Of a stretch of DNA of 64,000 nucleotides, positions 13,106 to 26,200 are shown in pieces; position 1 is the stretch's first letter, and each line of letters starts with the position of its first letter. Where the stretch lies: NCBI RefSeq assembly GCF_947568905.1, contig NC_079165.1, positions 14,322,001 to 14,386,000 on the forward strand. The letters run 5' to 3'. Under the pieces are notes generated by a model. It saw only the letters and a list, made by a program, of their open reading frames with translations, was not told the DNA's origin and did not search any database. Source of the stretch: Ostrea edulis. Lineage: Eukaryota. Position numbers and translations under genes: made by a program.

Positions 13106-13894
13106 ATTTAAAGTCAGTGTTCGAAATTGGTTGAAAATTAGGTATAGGCCATGCGTCTTTGCCAAAACAAGAATAATAGATGACATAGACCTCATCAAAT
13201 TGGCATAGACTGCAACATTGCATAAAAATACCACCTATTTAAAACATTGTTATAATTTACTTCTAACGTTGTCGGAAAGCACATTTTCTTTCTATTTCCA
13301 TAACAATACCCTCCTTTCCTCATGACATTTACGTTTATCAGACGTTGACTGACCAGGGTCCTTTGGGGTAACTACATTTACCTTCAATCCCGACCGAGCA
13401 CCTTCCACGTACTTCCAACTTCGCATTCATTAAAAAAAATATGCCTTCGTTTTTAAAACAAAGACTACTTGTTTGTGCTTACAGAAGATAGTTCAACTAA
13501 ATCTTTTTAAATTGGAATAGCATTTACTTATATATTACAAGAAAGAATTATGTACAGTCATCATAGGTGACAAGTCATTCCGTTTGTCATAAAGTTGAGT
13601 TGTTAGTTGACCGATAATGTTTAATCTGTTCAATAGAATTTTATCCAAATATGAAGCAAATATTGAAGACTTTGTGGTGTCTTTTTTTGGAGTTTATAAA
13701 ATGAAATGGTGAAATACCTTAAATAATAAATGATTTGCATGCTAGATTATAAATGGAAAATTAACAATTAAGATACAATTGTGTATCATTGTTACACCCA
13801 CACCATCTAAAGAAAGCAAGAGTATATTGTTGTTACCCTGGTCCGTCCGTCTGTCACACTTTTTTCTACCTCAAACTTCTGTTTTACTTTAAGC

Positions 13895-14105
13895 AGTAGC
13901 AAAACTGATTTTGAGTATGGCTTACTCCGTTTACTCCATCAAGATATAGGACTCAAGATGGGTGTGATGGGTCGACAAGGGATGCTTACTCCTCGTAGCC
14001 AGCTGATCCCACCTCTGGTGTATGCAGGGTCCGTGTTTTCCCAACTCTTAATCTTGTATTATCAATAGGAGTTATGATATCGATGACTATTACCTTCACA
14101 TTTTC
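13895..14105 (+). mobile_element. Naiad 3' UTR remnant
   Basis: GGGTGTGATGGGTCGACAAGGGATGCTTACT...CCCACCTCTGG...TTACCTTCAC. A short minus-strand piece is also at 14748-14820. Confidence 0.8.
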
Positions 14106-15183
14106 ATCCCCGAGTTGTTGGAAACTGTCATGATCAATGTACGTACTTCTTTTTAAGAGACAGGACCCCTCACTTTTATACAATTATTGACCAGTTTATC
14201 TTTAAACTTATGTTTGTAAAATAATGGAATGAATTGCATTTACAATTATTTTCATAGTAACAAACTGTTTTACATATGCCAAGCCGGATTTTTGCCCGGT
14301 CATTCTACAGTTCATCAAACTTTATCATTGTATATTGTAAAAAATACTGATGAAGGAATGTCTTGCTGTATAGATCTTTACGATATCTTTCTATTTAGCC
14401 TTTCATGGAAATTGGCATAGGGGATTTCTTATTTAAAACATTCAACGTGTAAAGTATGTGGATATCTCTTTCAGTGATTTCTTATGTATTTGCGAATTTG
14501 GCATCAGGAAGTATAAACAGCCTAGTTTAATATTATCGCTGGAGTGTCAAAAGGATATGTACTTTGACCTTTTCTTGCTTTTGATTAATGTTGTAGAAGT
14601 CACTCATATGGAGACGTCTGTAAAAATCTAGGATTACTCCAGAAAATCAAACTGTATATGGAGAGACAAATTATCAACATTACTGTTAACGCTTGTACTA
14701 TTATTATTATTTTGTATCAGTTTCTTATTAGAAAGAGACTCAACTGATGAAAAGGTGAAGATAACGAACAAACATATAAGGAATGCAAAATTAAGAGTTG
14801 GGCAAATACGGACCCCCCACAATTAGAACTTCACACATTATTCAGGTACAATTGTTTGCTGAACTATGATTTACACAGAAGAAACATCGATTTCCCGGTG
14901 TTTGTGGAAAGACAAAGGATGCATATCACTTCTTCTCTGCTTACAAAGGATTAAATGCCTTACTAACAAAGAACATACATGGCAAATCTGCAACACATCC
15001 CATATCAACCCGAGAGTCCATCATCAGCCCAAAGCCTGTACATAGGCCCCATCTATAGGATGCGATATATTGTCATGCATTGTTTACTTAGTATCCTATA
15101 TATTTGAAAATAGTGACCACAATTCATACATATTACTAATGCAATGCATTTTTATAGAGTAGAATAGATTTTACGTTTGTATC

Positions 15184-15570
15184 TACTCTATGGATCTGAA
15201 ACCTGGAACACAAAATCCAGGTGTTTGTCAACAATTGTCTTCGTTGTATATGTAGAATACGGTGGCCTCGAACCATTAGTAACAAGAACCTCTATATTCA
15301 AACTAAGCAAGACCCAGTGAATGAAAAAATTGGACATACTTTGAGAAAACCTGTGAACATAACAAAACAGGCGTTGGACTGGAATCCACAGGGATGCAGG
15401 AGACAAAGGAGACCAACACACAGCTGGAGAAGAACAAGGCTGAAAGAACTATATATCATTGGAACCACCTGGAGAGAAGCCAAACAAACTGCTCAAAACA
15501 GAGTTAGATGGAGGGTGACTGTTTCAGCCCTATGTTCCGTAAGGGACGAAAAGAACTAAGTAAGTCCGTC
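15184..15570 (+). mobile_element. 3' end of an RTE-clade LINE
   Basis: LLYGSETW...FVNNCLR.I.RIRWP..ISN...IGHTLRKP..ITKQALDWNPQG.RR..RP..SWRR, followed by a short TAAG repeat tail. Confidence 0.85.
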
Positions 15571-15744
15571 AATGCATTTTTAGGGTTCGTTGACAGATAA
15601 AATTGCTAACAATGATTGATAAATGATAAAAGACATCTAATAAATTTATGAAATAAAAAAAGCAATTAAATAAATTGTTTCAATTCTTCATAGTTTCATC
15701 TCACTACTTACGTAAAAATTCGTTATAAATGACAAACAATTTGA

Positions 15745-16085
15745 TGTTACAGGGCTTTCAACAGTCTCGCTTTAATGGTCGTTAAAACAATCTAGTTTGC
15801 CAAATGAATACAACCCATCATCGAGTCAAATGTTGTGTGATGCGTTTCACACCGATTGTTAGGCCGTTCTTGGCACACTGATTTTGACTGCGGATAACTG
15901 TTTACCTGACCAACTTATAGGGCTTACGGCGGGTGTGACCGGTCGACAGGGGATGCTTACTCCTCCTAGGCACCTGATCCCACCTCTGGTATATCTAGGA
16001 GTCTGTGTTTGTCCAACTCTCAACTTTGTATTCCCTATCGGAGTTATGAAATTGATTACTCATCGTTATATTCACCTTTTCATCG
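15745..16085 (+). mobile_element. Naiad 3' remnant
   Basis: GFQQSR...CDAFHTDC* followed by the full 3' UTR. Confidence 0.85.
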
Positions 16086-18293
16086 TTACATTTCCGTTAA
16101 TGGTACATGTAAATGAGCCTTTAAGTTGAGAAAATGGAGCTGATGGATGTTGTTTACAATGTTATTAATTCAAAGTTTCCTATGACTTGGAGGACGTTTA
16201 GAAGCCAACCAAGACCATTGGTGATTTCCTCTGTTGCATCTTTCTAACTGTTCGATTCTCCATTTCTTTGCAAAGGTCGTCCGTTTCCAAGCGGAAAAAC
16301 TCCGAGGTACTCCGAATGAAAACAACCGGTGTTCCAGAAAGGTATAAATGGCAAAATAGTGTTGATGTTGGGCGAGTGATCAAGGACGCATGTCCGTGTT
16401 CATTTCAGTATTATACATGTAATTATATATAATAATGATACAATCATCATAATATTTATAAAATTAACACGAATTATCTATTATTGATACACGGATTTTA
16501 CTTCGTGGTATCGAAAATGTAGAGTATAATTTTTCCGCTAATCACACGACTGAACTACAGGTACCAATGTTTAGAGCTTACGGTCTTAGCAGTTTTCTAA
16601 CGTGCCTACCGCTACATGGGACCTCCGTTTTTAAAGTCACTTCCGGAAGAGAAAAAAACGCGATTCTCACTTCTAAATGCCGAGAGTTTGGTAAGCTTAC
16701 TCGGGTGACTAAAACTAAAATTTAATTCTTATATTAACAGTCTAGTTCATTTCTGTCAGAATTCCCAGTCGTCAAATTAGACGCATTATATTCAGTAAGT
16801 AGTTCTGTATTTCTACACCCATTGTTTACAACTGCAGTGCGTTCATGAGAAAATAACTATCACTGAAACACTGCAAATATAAATATTTAACAATACAACT
16901 TTTTACACTCTGATTAACGAAGCAACTGTTTCAAAAAGTCGGCGTGCACAGGACTTTAAAATTTCTGCATAAAGCATTTTTTTTAAGAAATACATAATCT
17001 AACATAACCTGTATTGTTGTATTCTTTACCACACACAACTGTGGTTATTTTGAAACCAATAGTCAGATCTAGAGTCGAGATCACAAAATTGTCTTCAGGG
17101 GTAAAGAGCAAGTCAGCACACGGTCTCCAGAATTGGTACACTCAGATATTTCAATTTGTCGCCTTCTCGTAATATAAACACAGCCATGCAATGATGGCAT
17201 CGACATAAATTGTTACCGATTTAAATTAGAAACAAACGACATTTTAAAGATTTTCTTCTTCCCTTCTACAGTATGGGTTCATTACCAGACCTAGCTTACT
17301 GTACATGGATTTTTAAATAACTTTCGTCACATTTGTGCATTTTGAACATTGGCAGTAGTATATCTAGTTTTCGGTACATGTACTTTGAAGATTGGTCGAC
17401 AGAAGTTTTAGCCCATTAAAGTTGCATCTAACATTTGAATTTTCAAAGCCATTTTGTGAATTTGTTTACCAGTCAGAATTAGTAGCCTCGCTTTGTCTTT
17501 ACACCATTTTTACCTGGTAAGGAATATTTGCTATTTTTACTATCTTTATGTTACCATCTTATGATACTGAATTAATTAGTTTAGTGTCTGCAGGTTCACT
17601 GCTTTCTTACAGGGATCTTTGATATCATTTTCATATATCACTAAACAATGTACTATGTACAGGTTTATTATATTTCCGATGACTTTGCATTTAAAATATA
17701 TCGAATCCAATCAATATACAAAATTTCATTTGTCTCAAAAGTTTAATGAAAACTACTTAAAATCAAAGACCCAACTTGAAATTGGCCGAAACCTGCATGG
17801 GCCAAACTGGTACCGAGCCGCCGACAACCTTTATTTATACATGTAATCACACTCGAACATGTCTCTGCAACCAAGGGTTTCCGATTCGAACGCTACAGTC
17901 GAGTTGGGATCGGAACCCCTTGGACTGCGATGATTAGACAAGCAATGCGTTTGTTTAATAAGATGTAAAATGCTTCATTTTTAAAGAGATAGTATAGCTC
18001 AGTTTGGTGAATTTCTCACCCCAAATCATATTATCCCCTTCTAATATCATAAAATAGATAAATGAATGATATTGATCAACTTTGAAATGATTGAATGTTC
18101 ATCAAAAGTTCCACAAGGAACCAACTTATTTTTGTCCAGGAAGCAAAATTCAGAAGACGGAATTGAAGATGCAGATAGTGCATAAAATGGTTATTATCAA
18201 CAGAAAATTACCAGCACCTGTTATTTGGACTCATTTCAAATCTTTAAAAAAAAAAACCATTGATCAAAATGACCTTTACTATCCCTTTTTAAA

Positions 18294-18331
<38 letters not shown>

Positions 18332-19542
18332 CAACATATACATGTAGCATAGCTCTACAACATAAAATGACCAAGACAAATTCTTCTCCCTTTCTTTCTT
18401 TTCTTCATCTTTTCCATTTTTCTTCTTTTTCTATGGAAAAGTGTATTTTGAGAGTTGAACTTAACAGTTATGATCAAAATTTTATTGGAGGTCATATAAC
18501 ATGGTTACTGAGATAATTATATCCAAACACGGGCCGGGCGTAGTGTGTCTCGCTAAGTAAAACACCAACCTTGGCAGCGAGGCAGGTAGTTGATGGAGGC
18601 GGTGTGTGTGTGGGGGGAGGGGGGGGGGGGGGTACTTAACATTTTAAATCCAGTGTGTATAACCGATACTAAACACACGATTCTGCCAACACCATTTAAA
18701 AACTCAACTATTACAATAAAATTACCTACGACCAAAAATGACCATTCCGATGACCTACTGTGTCTCTGAGGTGTTGGAAAGATGAAGTCAGAACTTGGAT
18801 TTAATTTGGTTTCTACTCAAATTTAATTTTGACTCTACTCTGTTTTAATTTGGTTTCTACTCAAAAGGTTGTACAATATAACCTGAACTACAAAATAAAT
18901 TTACCAATGCCTGCATTATATAAAACTTTATATCAGTATGAACTTGTCCACTGCACTAATGGCTACTTTGTTCTGTTAAGCTTTCAGCCTGCAGCACATT
19001 ATTCCCATGCACAAGTCAAATATTTCAAGGGCTTTGTTTATCGACAATATTGATGTTTAATGGCAAAAATGATGATGACACACCCAGCTGATTTTATGAT
19101 ATTTAATTTTATACAGACTACTGCTGTTATCATGAACTCATTATTTGAGCATTTTTTGAAATGTAGAAAATGTAGGAAAATGTAGTAATCTTGTGAAATG
19201 CAGTGTTGTACAATGTATGCATGATGCAACTCAACTGAAAACTTCTGAACACAATATGTACACAATGAACGAATTGTACTTTATAACGATTAATTAAAGC
19301 ATTATAGCAGTCTCTCCTTAAAACTTAAGCATATCATTGGAAATCCCAAAATGCAGAAGCTTTGCTTCATGCAGGGGCCAGTAACCTGGGGTAGCACCTT
19401 AAAACGTAACAGAGGAACCAATTTGATTGGCCGATTAGTTATTATGCTCTTTTGTTACATCTTCTTTGATTTAACTGTTACGGTTGGGAGTGGGGCAAAA
19501 GCTGAATTATATAAACTGTTATTAAGTTGTCTGTAGAGTGGG

Positions 19543-22500
19543 TCATCTTCTCATTCCTCTGTTTGAGGGACGTCCATTCACAGTCTGTAAGCCATGTGGG
19601 TGGTAGTTCTGTTGGGGAGGGCGGAGTCCGGGCATCATTGGAGGGCGGGACTGCATCTGTGGATGACCCTGGTTTGGCATCATGCCAGGTCGAGGTGCGT
19701 GGTTGTTAGGGTACCCTGCAGGATTTCCTGTTGTTATTTTTAGAAAAATTCAAAGAGAAGAACAGGTGAAAATCTGATACTTCATTACAATGTGTCATGC
19801 TTACACATATACATGTAGAATATATGGCGACTGATTTAAAATACATCATGTGATTGATATCCAAATGAGCACAGGATGCACTCTCTTCCCATATTTGAGA
19901 CAATATGTCACTTTTACAGTTGAACTTCAGTATCTCACACACTGATATATTGAACAACATGCATATGTCAAATGGATTCGAAAGTCCCAACCACTTATTC
20001 TTTAGGTATACCCTCGATATCTCGAATCCTTGGATATCTCAAATAAATTCTTTTCTTGGTCCAATCGAGTTCGAGATAACGAGGTTTGACTGTATATCAA
20101 TATTCTATTTTGTTTATCTTGCAACTTTGCTCTTAGGAGTTCAGGTAAGCATTTTCTAAATTTTAGGTTTAAAAACACAAAAAAACATAAAGTAATTTCA
20201 TTTGATTAGAGTAGGAAATGAAAATGAAAAAATAATGAAATTTGATTTTCTGTTAACAATATTTCATATATCTTTCCATATCAGTTGCCAGTTATTTTGA
20301 TTTTAGTTTTTTTATTGTCGTAATAAATTATTCAATCAATACACGATGACAGTGGGTTTTTTTTTTTTGAAAATCAAAATTTTGCAAGGATAGTTCATAA
20401 CCTTAAATATTAGAACATGCTAGCCTCACATTAGATTTGTTCTTAATCTAGAGATGCATGTGGATAGTATCAATTTCAAATTTGCAATGTTAAAATTGAA
20501 GAAAACAAAATATTCCCATATCTATCAATAGGGATCTATATTTTTAAGTAATTTTAAAGTTGAGTGTGTAGGTCCAAAATTAATAATATTTGATATAGCA
20601 AAGTTTTATGCAAATACTTCCAAAGAATAACAAACAAGGAAATTGTCAAAGAGACATAACTCTTGACAAGCTGCCAAAATCCATAGTACCTTCTACATCT
20701 TCAATACAAACTGAGAGAAATTAGAAGGACATACCATGTTCCCTAAGTAAAAATGAAACTACAATTTTTTTTTTCCAAAACTGCACTAATTCAGCAACCC
20801 TAATTTCCATGAAATTCAAAGAAAAGAAAATTCCAAGCAATTAGAAGATCTTCAGTACCCTATAACATGAACATTGTGTGACATGATGTGATTCTAGCTT
20901 ACAAACCTTCAACAGAGTTAATTATAGACAAACCAGATAACATTTACAATCTACAATTCTATAAAGAAATTGCACAAAAATTGACTGAGTGCAACAATCT
21001 ACAGATTTCAAATAAGTTTAAGAAAATTATCAAATTCCAAGCAATATGCACATCTTCAGTACCTTTACAAATACTGTGAAATGGCAAGATTCTTCATTTA
21101 AAACTGTGAGAAGGGAGTGTTCAAAACACCATATAATCTCCACATACATGTGTACAATCCACTTTCATATAAAGGGGCATAACATTGTAAACTTAAACTG
21201 GGAAACACTGGGTGAACTGCAACAAAAGAGAAGCAAGAAAGGACACCGCAAGATATGTAGTTTTCTACCCAGAAAAAACACAGTAAGTTTCAATTCAATC
21301 TGAGAAAGCGTAAGGGAGAACAGTACAGATAGACAGAAGACACATATCTTCCCATCGCTGTACAGTGTACATCCTCTCTGATAGACAAAAGACACATATC
21401 TACCCATCGCTGTACAAAGTACATCCTCTCTGATAGACAGAAGACACATATCTACCCATCGCTGTACAATGTACATCCTCTCTGATAGACAGAAGACACA
21501 TATCTACCCATCGCTGTACAGTGTACATCCTCTCTGATAGACAGAAGACACATATCTACCCATCGCTGTACAATGTACATCCTCTCTGATAGACAGAAGA
21601 CACATATCTACCCATCGCTGTACAATGTACATCCTCTCTGAAGACAGTTGTCTAAATACAAGTTACAATATAAAACTATTAGAACAGACAAGTACGGTTT
21701 TATCAGCAGTGTGTGAAATTAACAGTAGACAAAATCTACAGAAAATTTGTCCTGTCTTTAGTGAGAGGAATACATGCTCTTTAAGACCCATTTGTCTATA
21801 GAATGCAGTCTTAGGGACAATTACACATTTTGAAACATTCTATTACAAGTTCAATTATTTTTTGCACCACTATTTATACAAATTTGGCTTTAGAAATATC
21901 TTTAAAGAATAAAGGTTTAGTGTTGTAAATGATCTATGCATATAAAAAATAAGCATTAAATCTGTTTCAAGTTATGAAAGACATGAATTATAAAAATTAG
22001 TACTTTTTAAGCTGTTGTTGGTCTATGGTAAATCAGTATTTTTTAAGCTGTTGTTGGTCTATAGTATATCAGTCAGTATTTTTTAAGCTGTTGTTGGTCT
22101 ATAGTAAATTAGTATTTTTTAAGCTGTTGTTGGTCTATAGTAAATCAGTCTGGTCTATAAAATATGAAATGTGGTAGACCAATTGTCTGTAGTACAGAAA
22201 GTTAAGTTTCACACACTGCATCAGGGCCCTACTAAATGTGTATGTACCTGACATATGCCTACAGACGGACGGACAGACAGACACATTTTATATGTCGGAT
22301 TATCACACAGGGTGACCAATGAAAGCAATTTTACACATGAAACCAAAACTACTTTACATGCAAGGAAGTTAGAGGGTCATTGAATTTCGTGGAGCACCAG
22401 TTGTTAATTATTCAATACACAAAACAAGGTATCCACTGTTTGGTATACTGAAAACATATCAACAGAATGCAATTACTGTAGCAAATAAATCAATACATAT

Positions 22501-23164
22501 AATTCTACTGCTGCAATGTTCATGTCATTGTATTGCAAGTCAAAGGGTCATATTAGTAGAGACAAGACTGATTTCATTCAGACTCTCAGTTCAAACCTGC
22601 CATCATCAACATTTACATATAATACATTTTACATAACACCTCCCTCCCCCTACCTGTACCATCACCCTGGGGCCGTCCTCCTGGCGGGTTTCCTTGAGGG
22701 GCTCCAGGTGGGGTTTTTCCATCATTTGATTCTGTTGGCGATTTTCTTTGTCCTGTCTGGTCAGACTGTAATTTCAAAAAGTGCATGTGCTTTTATCATC
22801 TTTAAAGAAAATTTATCTAGGCAAAACCATACAACATGTAAAAATCACTCTTATTGTGTCAACTGCTATTTCCCTACCTCACCCCAAATCTCTCAGAACA
22901 TGGAGAATGCCCCAACCCACCACCCAATTTTCTCATAGAACATGGAGACCCCCCCCCCCCCTCAAACCTTTCAGAACATAGAGACACCCCCCCCCCCCCA
23001 CTCAAATCTCTCCGAACATGGAGAACCCCTACCCCCACTCAATTTTTTTCACAGAACATGGAGAATTCACGTTAATAATTTGTTGAGTCACTGAACCAAA
23101 ACTAACTGACACCAGACCCACCTACCTTGGGGTTGTTTGTATATTCGGGCTTTGGTTCACTCAT
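19543..23164 (-). CDS. Uncharacterised Pro/Gly/Gln/Asn-rich low-complexity protein (at least 111 aa; start uncertain)
   Basis: Exons 23164-23126 (phase 0 end), 22765-22654 (phase 1 end) and 19727-19543 (TGA) join without frame disruption: MSEPKPEYTNNPKSDQTGQRKSPTESNDGKTPPGAPQGNPPGGRPQGDGTGNPAGYPNNHAPRPGMMPNQGHPQMQSRPPMMPGLRPPQQNYHPHGLQTVNGRPSNRGMRR*. The exons are GC-rich islands in AT-rich DNA with canonical splice sites. The frame stays open upstream of the ATG, so further 5' exons may exist. Confidence 0.65.
21325..21645. repeat. 52-bp minisatellite, ~6 copies
   Basis: Unit CTGATAGACAGAAGACACATATCTACCCATCGCTGTACAATGTACATCCTCT; period 52 (21369, 21421, 21473). Confidence 0.95.
22005..22150. 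repeat. ~35-bp minisatellite, 4 copies
   Basis: Repeated TTTTTTAAGCTGTTGTTGGTCTATAGTAAATCAGTA. Confidence 0.9.
22890..23065. repeat. ~40-bp C-rich minisatellite, ~5 copies
   Basis: Repeated CAGAACATGGAGA followed by poly-C and CAAATCTC. Confidence 0.85.
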
Positions 23165-23679
23165 ATTTGGGGTCTCTGAAAACTGCATACAAAACCTGAA
23201 ACAATGAAAATCAGCCTGAACTCACAATGGTAACCGCATCTCTGTCAGGTATATTATCAGACTCTACATAAATCTGATATTGTATTTCATGGTCAACTAA
23301 CTTTATTCTGTGGTTATAGTGGCAACTTACTAATAAACGTAAACATGCTAAAATAACATTATGCAAAGTGAAGTATTTTTTTCATCATACAAAAATCTGA
23401 AGTTAATCGGTACATGTATATTTCATCATAAATGTTGTGAAATTAATAAATAAAACTTTTATGATATGCAACCATGTGGTTTCTTACTATGTTATAGACT
23501 TTAAGACTTATAGTGTGCAAAAATGTTCTTTGAAAGAGGAAAAGAAGACAGGCAAAATTCTTTTCCCTCGACATTATTCCTTCTAATTCAATTAATATTT
23601 ATTTGTTAATGTTGAAAATATATATGCTGAAATGCAATTGAAAATCCATTAAACGCTGATCAAAACTTTTCTGTAAACA

Positions 23680-23810
23680 GATCGCATTATGTAAATATTG
23701 ACCAAAACATGAAATAATATCGCATTCTGTAAATATTGACCAAAACATAAAATAATATCGCATTCTGTTAATATTGACAAAAACATGAAATAATATCGCA
23801 TTCTGTAAAC
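23680..23810. repeat. 38-bp minisatellite, ~3.5 copies
   Basis: Repeated AAAACATGAAATAATATCGCATTCTGTAAATATTGACC. Confidence 0.85.
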
Positions 23811-23959
23811 ACTGAACGAAACATTAAATAATTTTACATTCAGTACACAGTCACTAAACACTGATCAACTGATACATACTCTCCAACTTTGATGACCTCC
23901 CCTGATTTTCCTGTATATAAAGTTAGACAACTCTTCCAGACATTTGAATACCTTCAATG

Positions 23960-24438
23960 AAAGCAAGAACATGTTTTAGAAACATAAATGTGCCCCATGT
24001 GGCAATATTGAAAGGGTCAATTTTGAATTTAAAATGTCTGTAATGATAGTGTGCCAAGTTTGATGTCCATCAAACAAAGGGTTCACAAGATATTGAATGG
24101 ACAATATCTTCTGATGTCCAGATGTCCATCAAACAAAGGGTTAACAAGATATTGAATGGACAATATCTTCTGATGTCCAGATGTCCATCAAACAAAGGGT
24201 TAACAAGATATTGAATGCACAATATCTTCTGATCTCCAGAGTAGATTCACCCTTGATCATGTGACCTCAAAATCAATCAAGTTCATCTACTATTTAGGGG
24301 AAACCAGTATAAAAAGATTGCCGTCTGTCAAGCAAAGGATTTTTAAGGTACTGAGTGGACAACATGGGATCTACTGACTGACCAACATATCGAGAGGTGC
24401 AATCAATATACTCCCCTTTTTACAAGGGGAGCATAAAA
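23960..24438 (-). mobile_element. HINE-type element with an internal 59-bp tandem repeat
   Basis: The minus strand begins TTTTATGCTCCCC and ends ...TCTTGCTT. GATGTCCATCAAACAAAGGGTTAACAAGATATTGAATGGACAATATCTTCT is repeated three times (24061-24238). Confidence 0.55.
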
Positions 24439-26029
24439 GGTTCCTCACTCATCTGAAATAATATCGTTCTCCATGCGAAACACTACCCATTCATTTATCA
24501 AGTACAGTATACAAGTAATCTATCTCAATTACTGCCAATAATATTACTTCATTATATATAAACAGAGTTTTAAGTTTTACAACAAAGTGACACTTTTATG
24601 GATGCACACAACTACAGCTACTAATATTCAGATGCTGCAATTGACCTACATTTTCTGGATCAGTTTGAATTTTTTCAACAGGACCATTGCTCAGTAACTG
24701 AATTTTCTACATGTATACATGTGGTTTAAACTTTTATGAGTGATTCATCATAAATCATGTTACTCACTGCCATTCATAAAATTGTATGATGCATCTGACC
24801 TACATTTCTGGATGAGTGGTCAAGTTGAAATGTTTTGCGACCGGCCCATTAATTATCACCTGTTACTATTCCACGGTTCATCAAAGTGTCGGACTACACA
24901 ATATCCATCTGACACATAAAACATGTACTACTTAGCCTCCTCCCCCCACCCCCCAGATTTCATCTCAGAAAGCAACAGAACTGGCAGGGTAAGGTAAAAT
25001 TTGTGGAAGAAGAGACACAGGGTTGTGTGTATCCACAGGTGCCCCAGTTAGACAAGACACGGTTAAAGAGGAGCACTAATCTACATCAACCTAATGGTCA
25101 ATTTCCTTTAAAAACATGAATGAAAATACAAATCTCTGCAATATTTGTATATACATTTCAAATGACTGCATAGCTGAGTAGCTCAGTATGTTAATGTGCT
25201 GATCTGTGGATTGTTTGTTCCGGGTCCAGCAGTAGTTTGAAAAATTTTCCAGATTACTTTCTACTAAAACTGCATTTTTCAGTTGTCTAAATGAAGTAAA
25301 TTTGAAAGTTTTCAAAGTCAAAATATTATTGTACATATCCTCCACTTTTCATCCATATCAAATTTCTCTGGTGTGTTATTCCTTCTTAATGAGGAACATC
25401 CAAGAATGTAGATCAGATACAGCACCTCAATCAAATCATTTGCGATTCTTGGAGTTGGACCTCTTAAAATTTTCAACTACTTAACTTTAACCTGTCAGAT
25501 CACTCTCATATAAAGGACACCGGATAAAAGCACGATCAGAATCCCGATTGGTTGTAATGAATCATCCAGTTTGAATCTTGTCGCATTAATTTCACAATCT
25601 TAAAAAAAATTCAACCTGCTAATCATAGATGATGTTGGGGGTGTGACAACAGCTCTGCAAATAATTTGTTCAGGCTAGCTAGAAATTCTTATATAATCCC
25701 CATTAAATGATTAACATAATTTTGATTCTCTAGATTTCTTTGGTATGAAAATTATGAAAGATACCAAAAATATTGACTTCATTGTGTATCCCAAACATGC
25801 CGATATTAATTGATAATCAAACGAAAAAGATTAATATCCAAAAACTTCAATTAATCTATCCTTCGAAATTATTTCCAACTCCGATCAATATTTAAAAGAA
25901 AAGAAGGTGCATAATACTAGGAGGAAAATATAATTGTATTAATGTAGAATTTCATGTCACTTTGCCCATATCAAATAAGTGGTGAAAAAACACACTAAAA
26001 CTAATAAAGAATATATATACAAATATTTA

Positions 26030-26200
<171 letters not shown>

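Noticed and set aside
16590-16695. SINE-like fragment; also a pogo/Tigger-like MITE end at ~20005-20095
   Set aside because: Too short and partial to classify; noted only as probable repeat debris.
19600-19630. Suspected frameshift in the last exon of the Pro-rich gene
   Set aside because: On re-reading, the frame is continuous (GGA CTC CGC CCT CCC CAA) through to the TGA at 19543.
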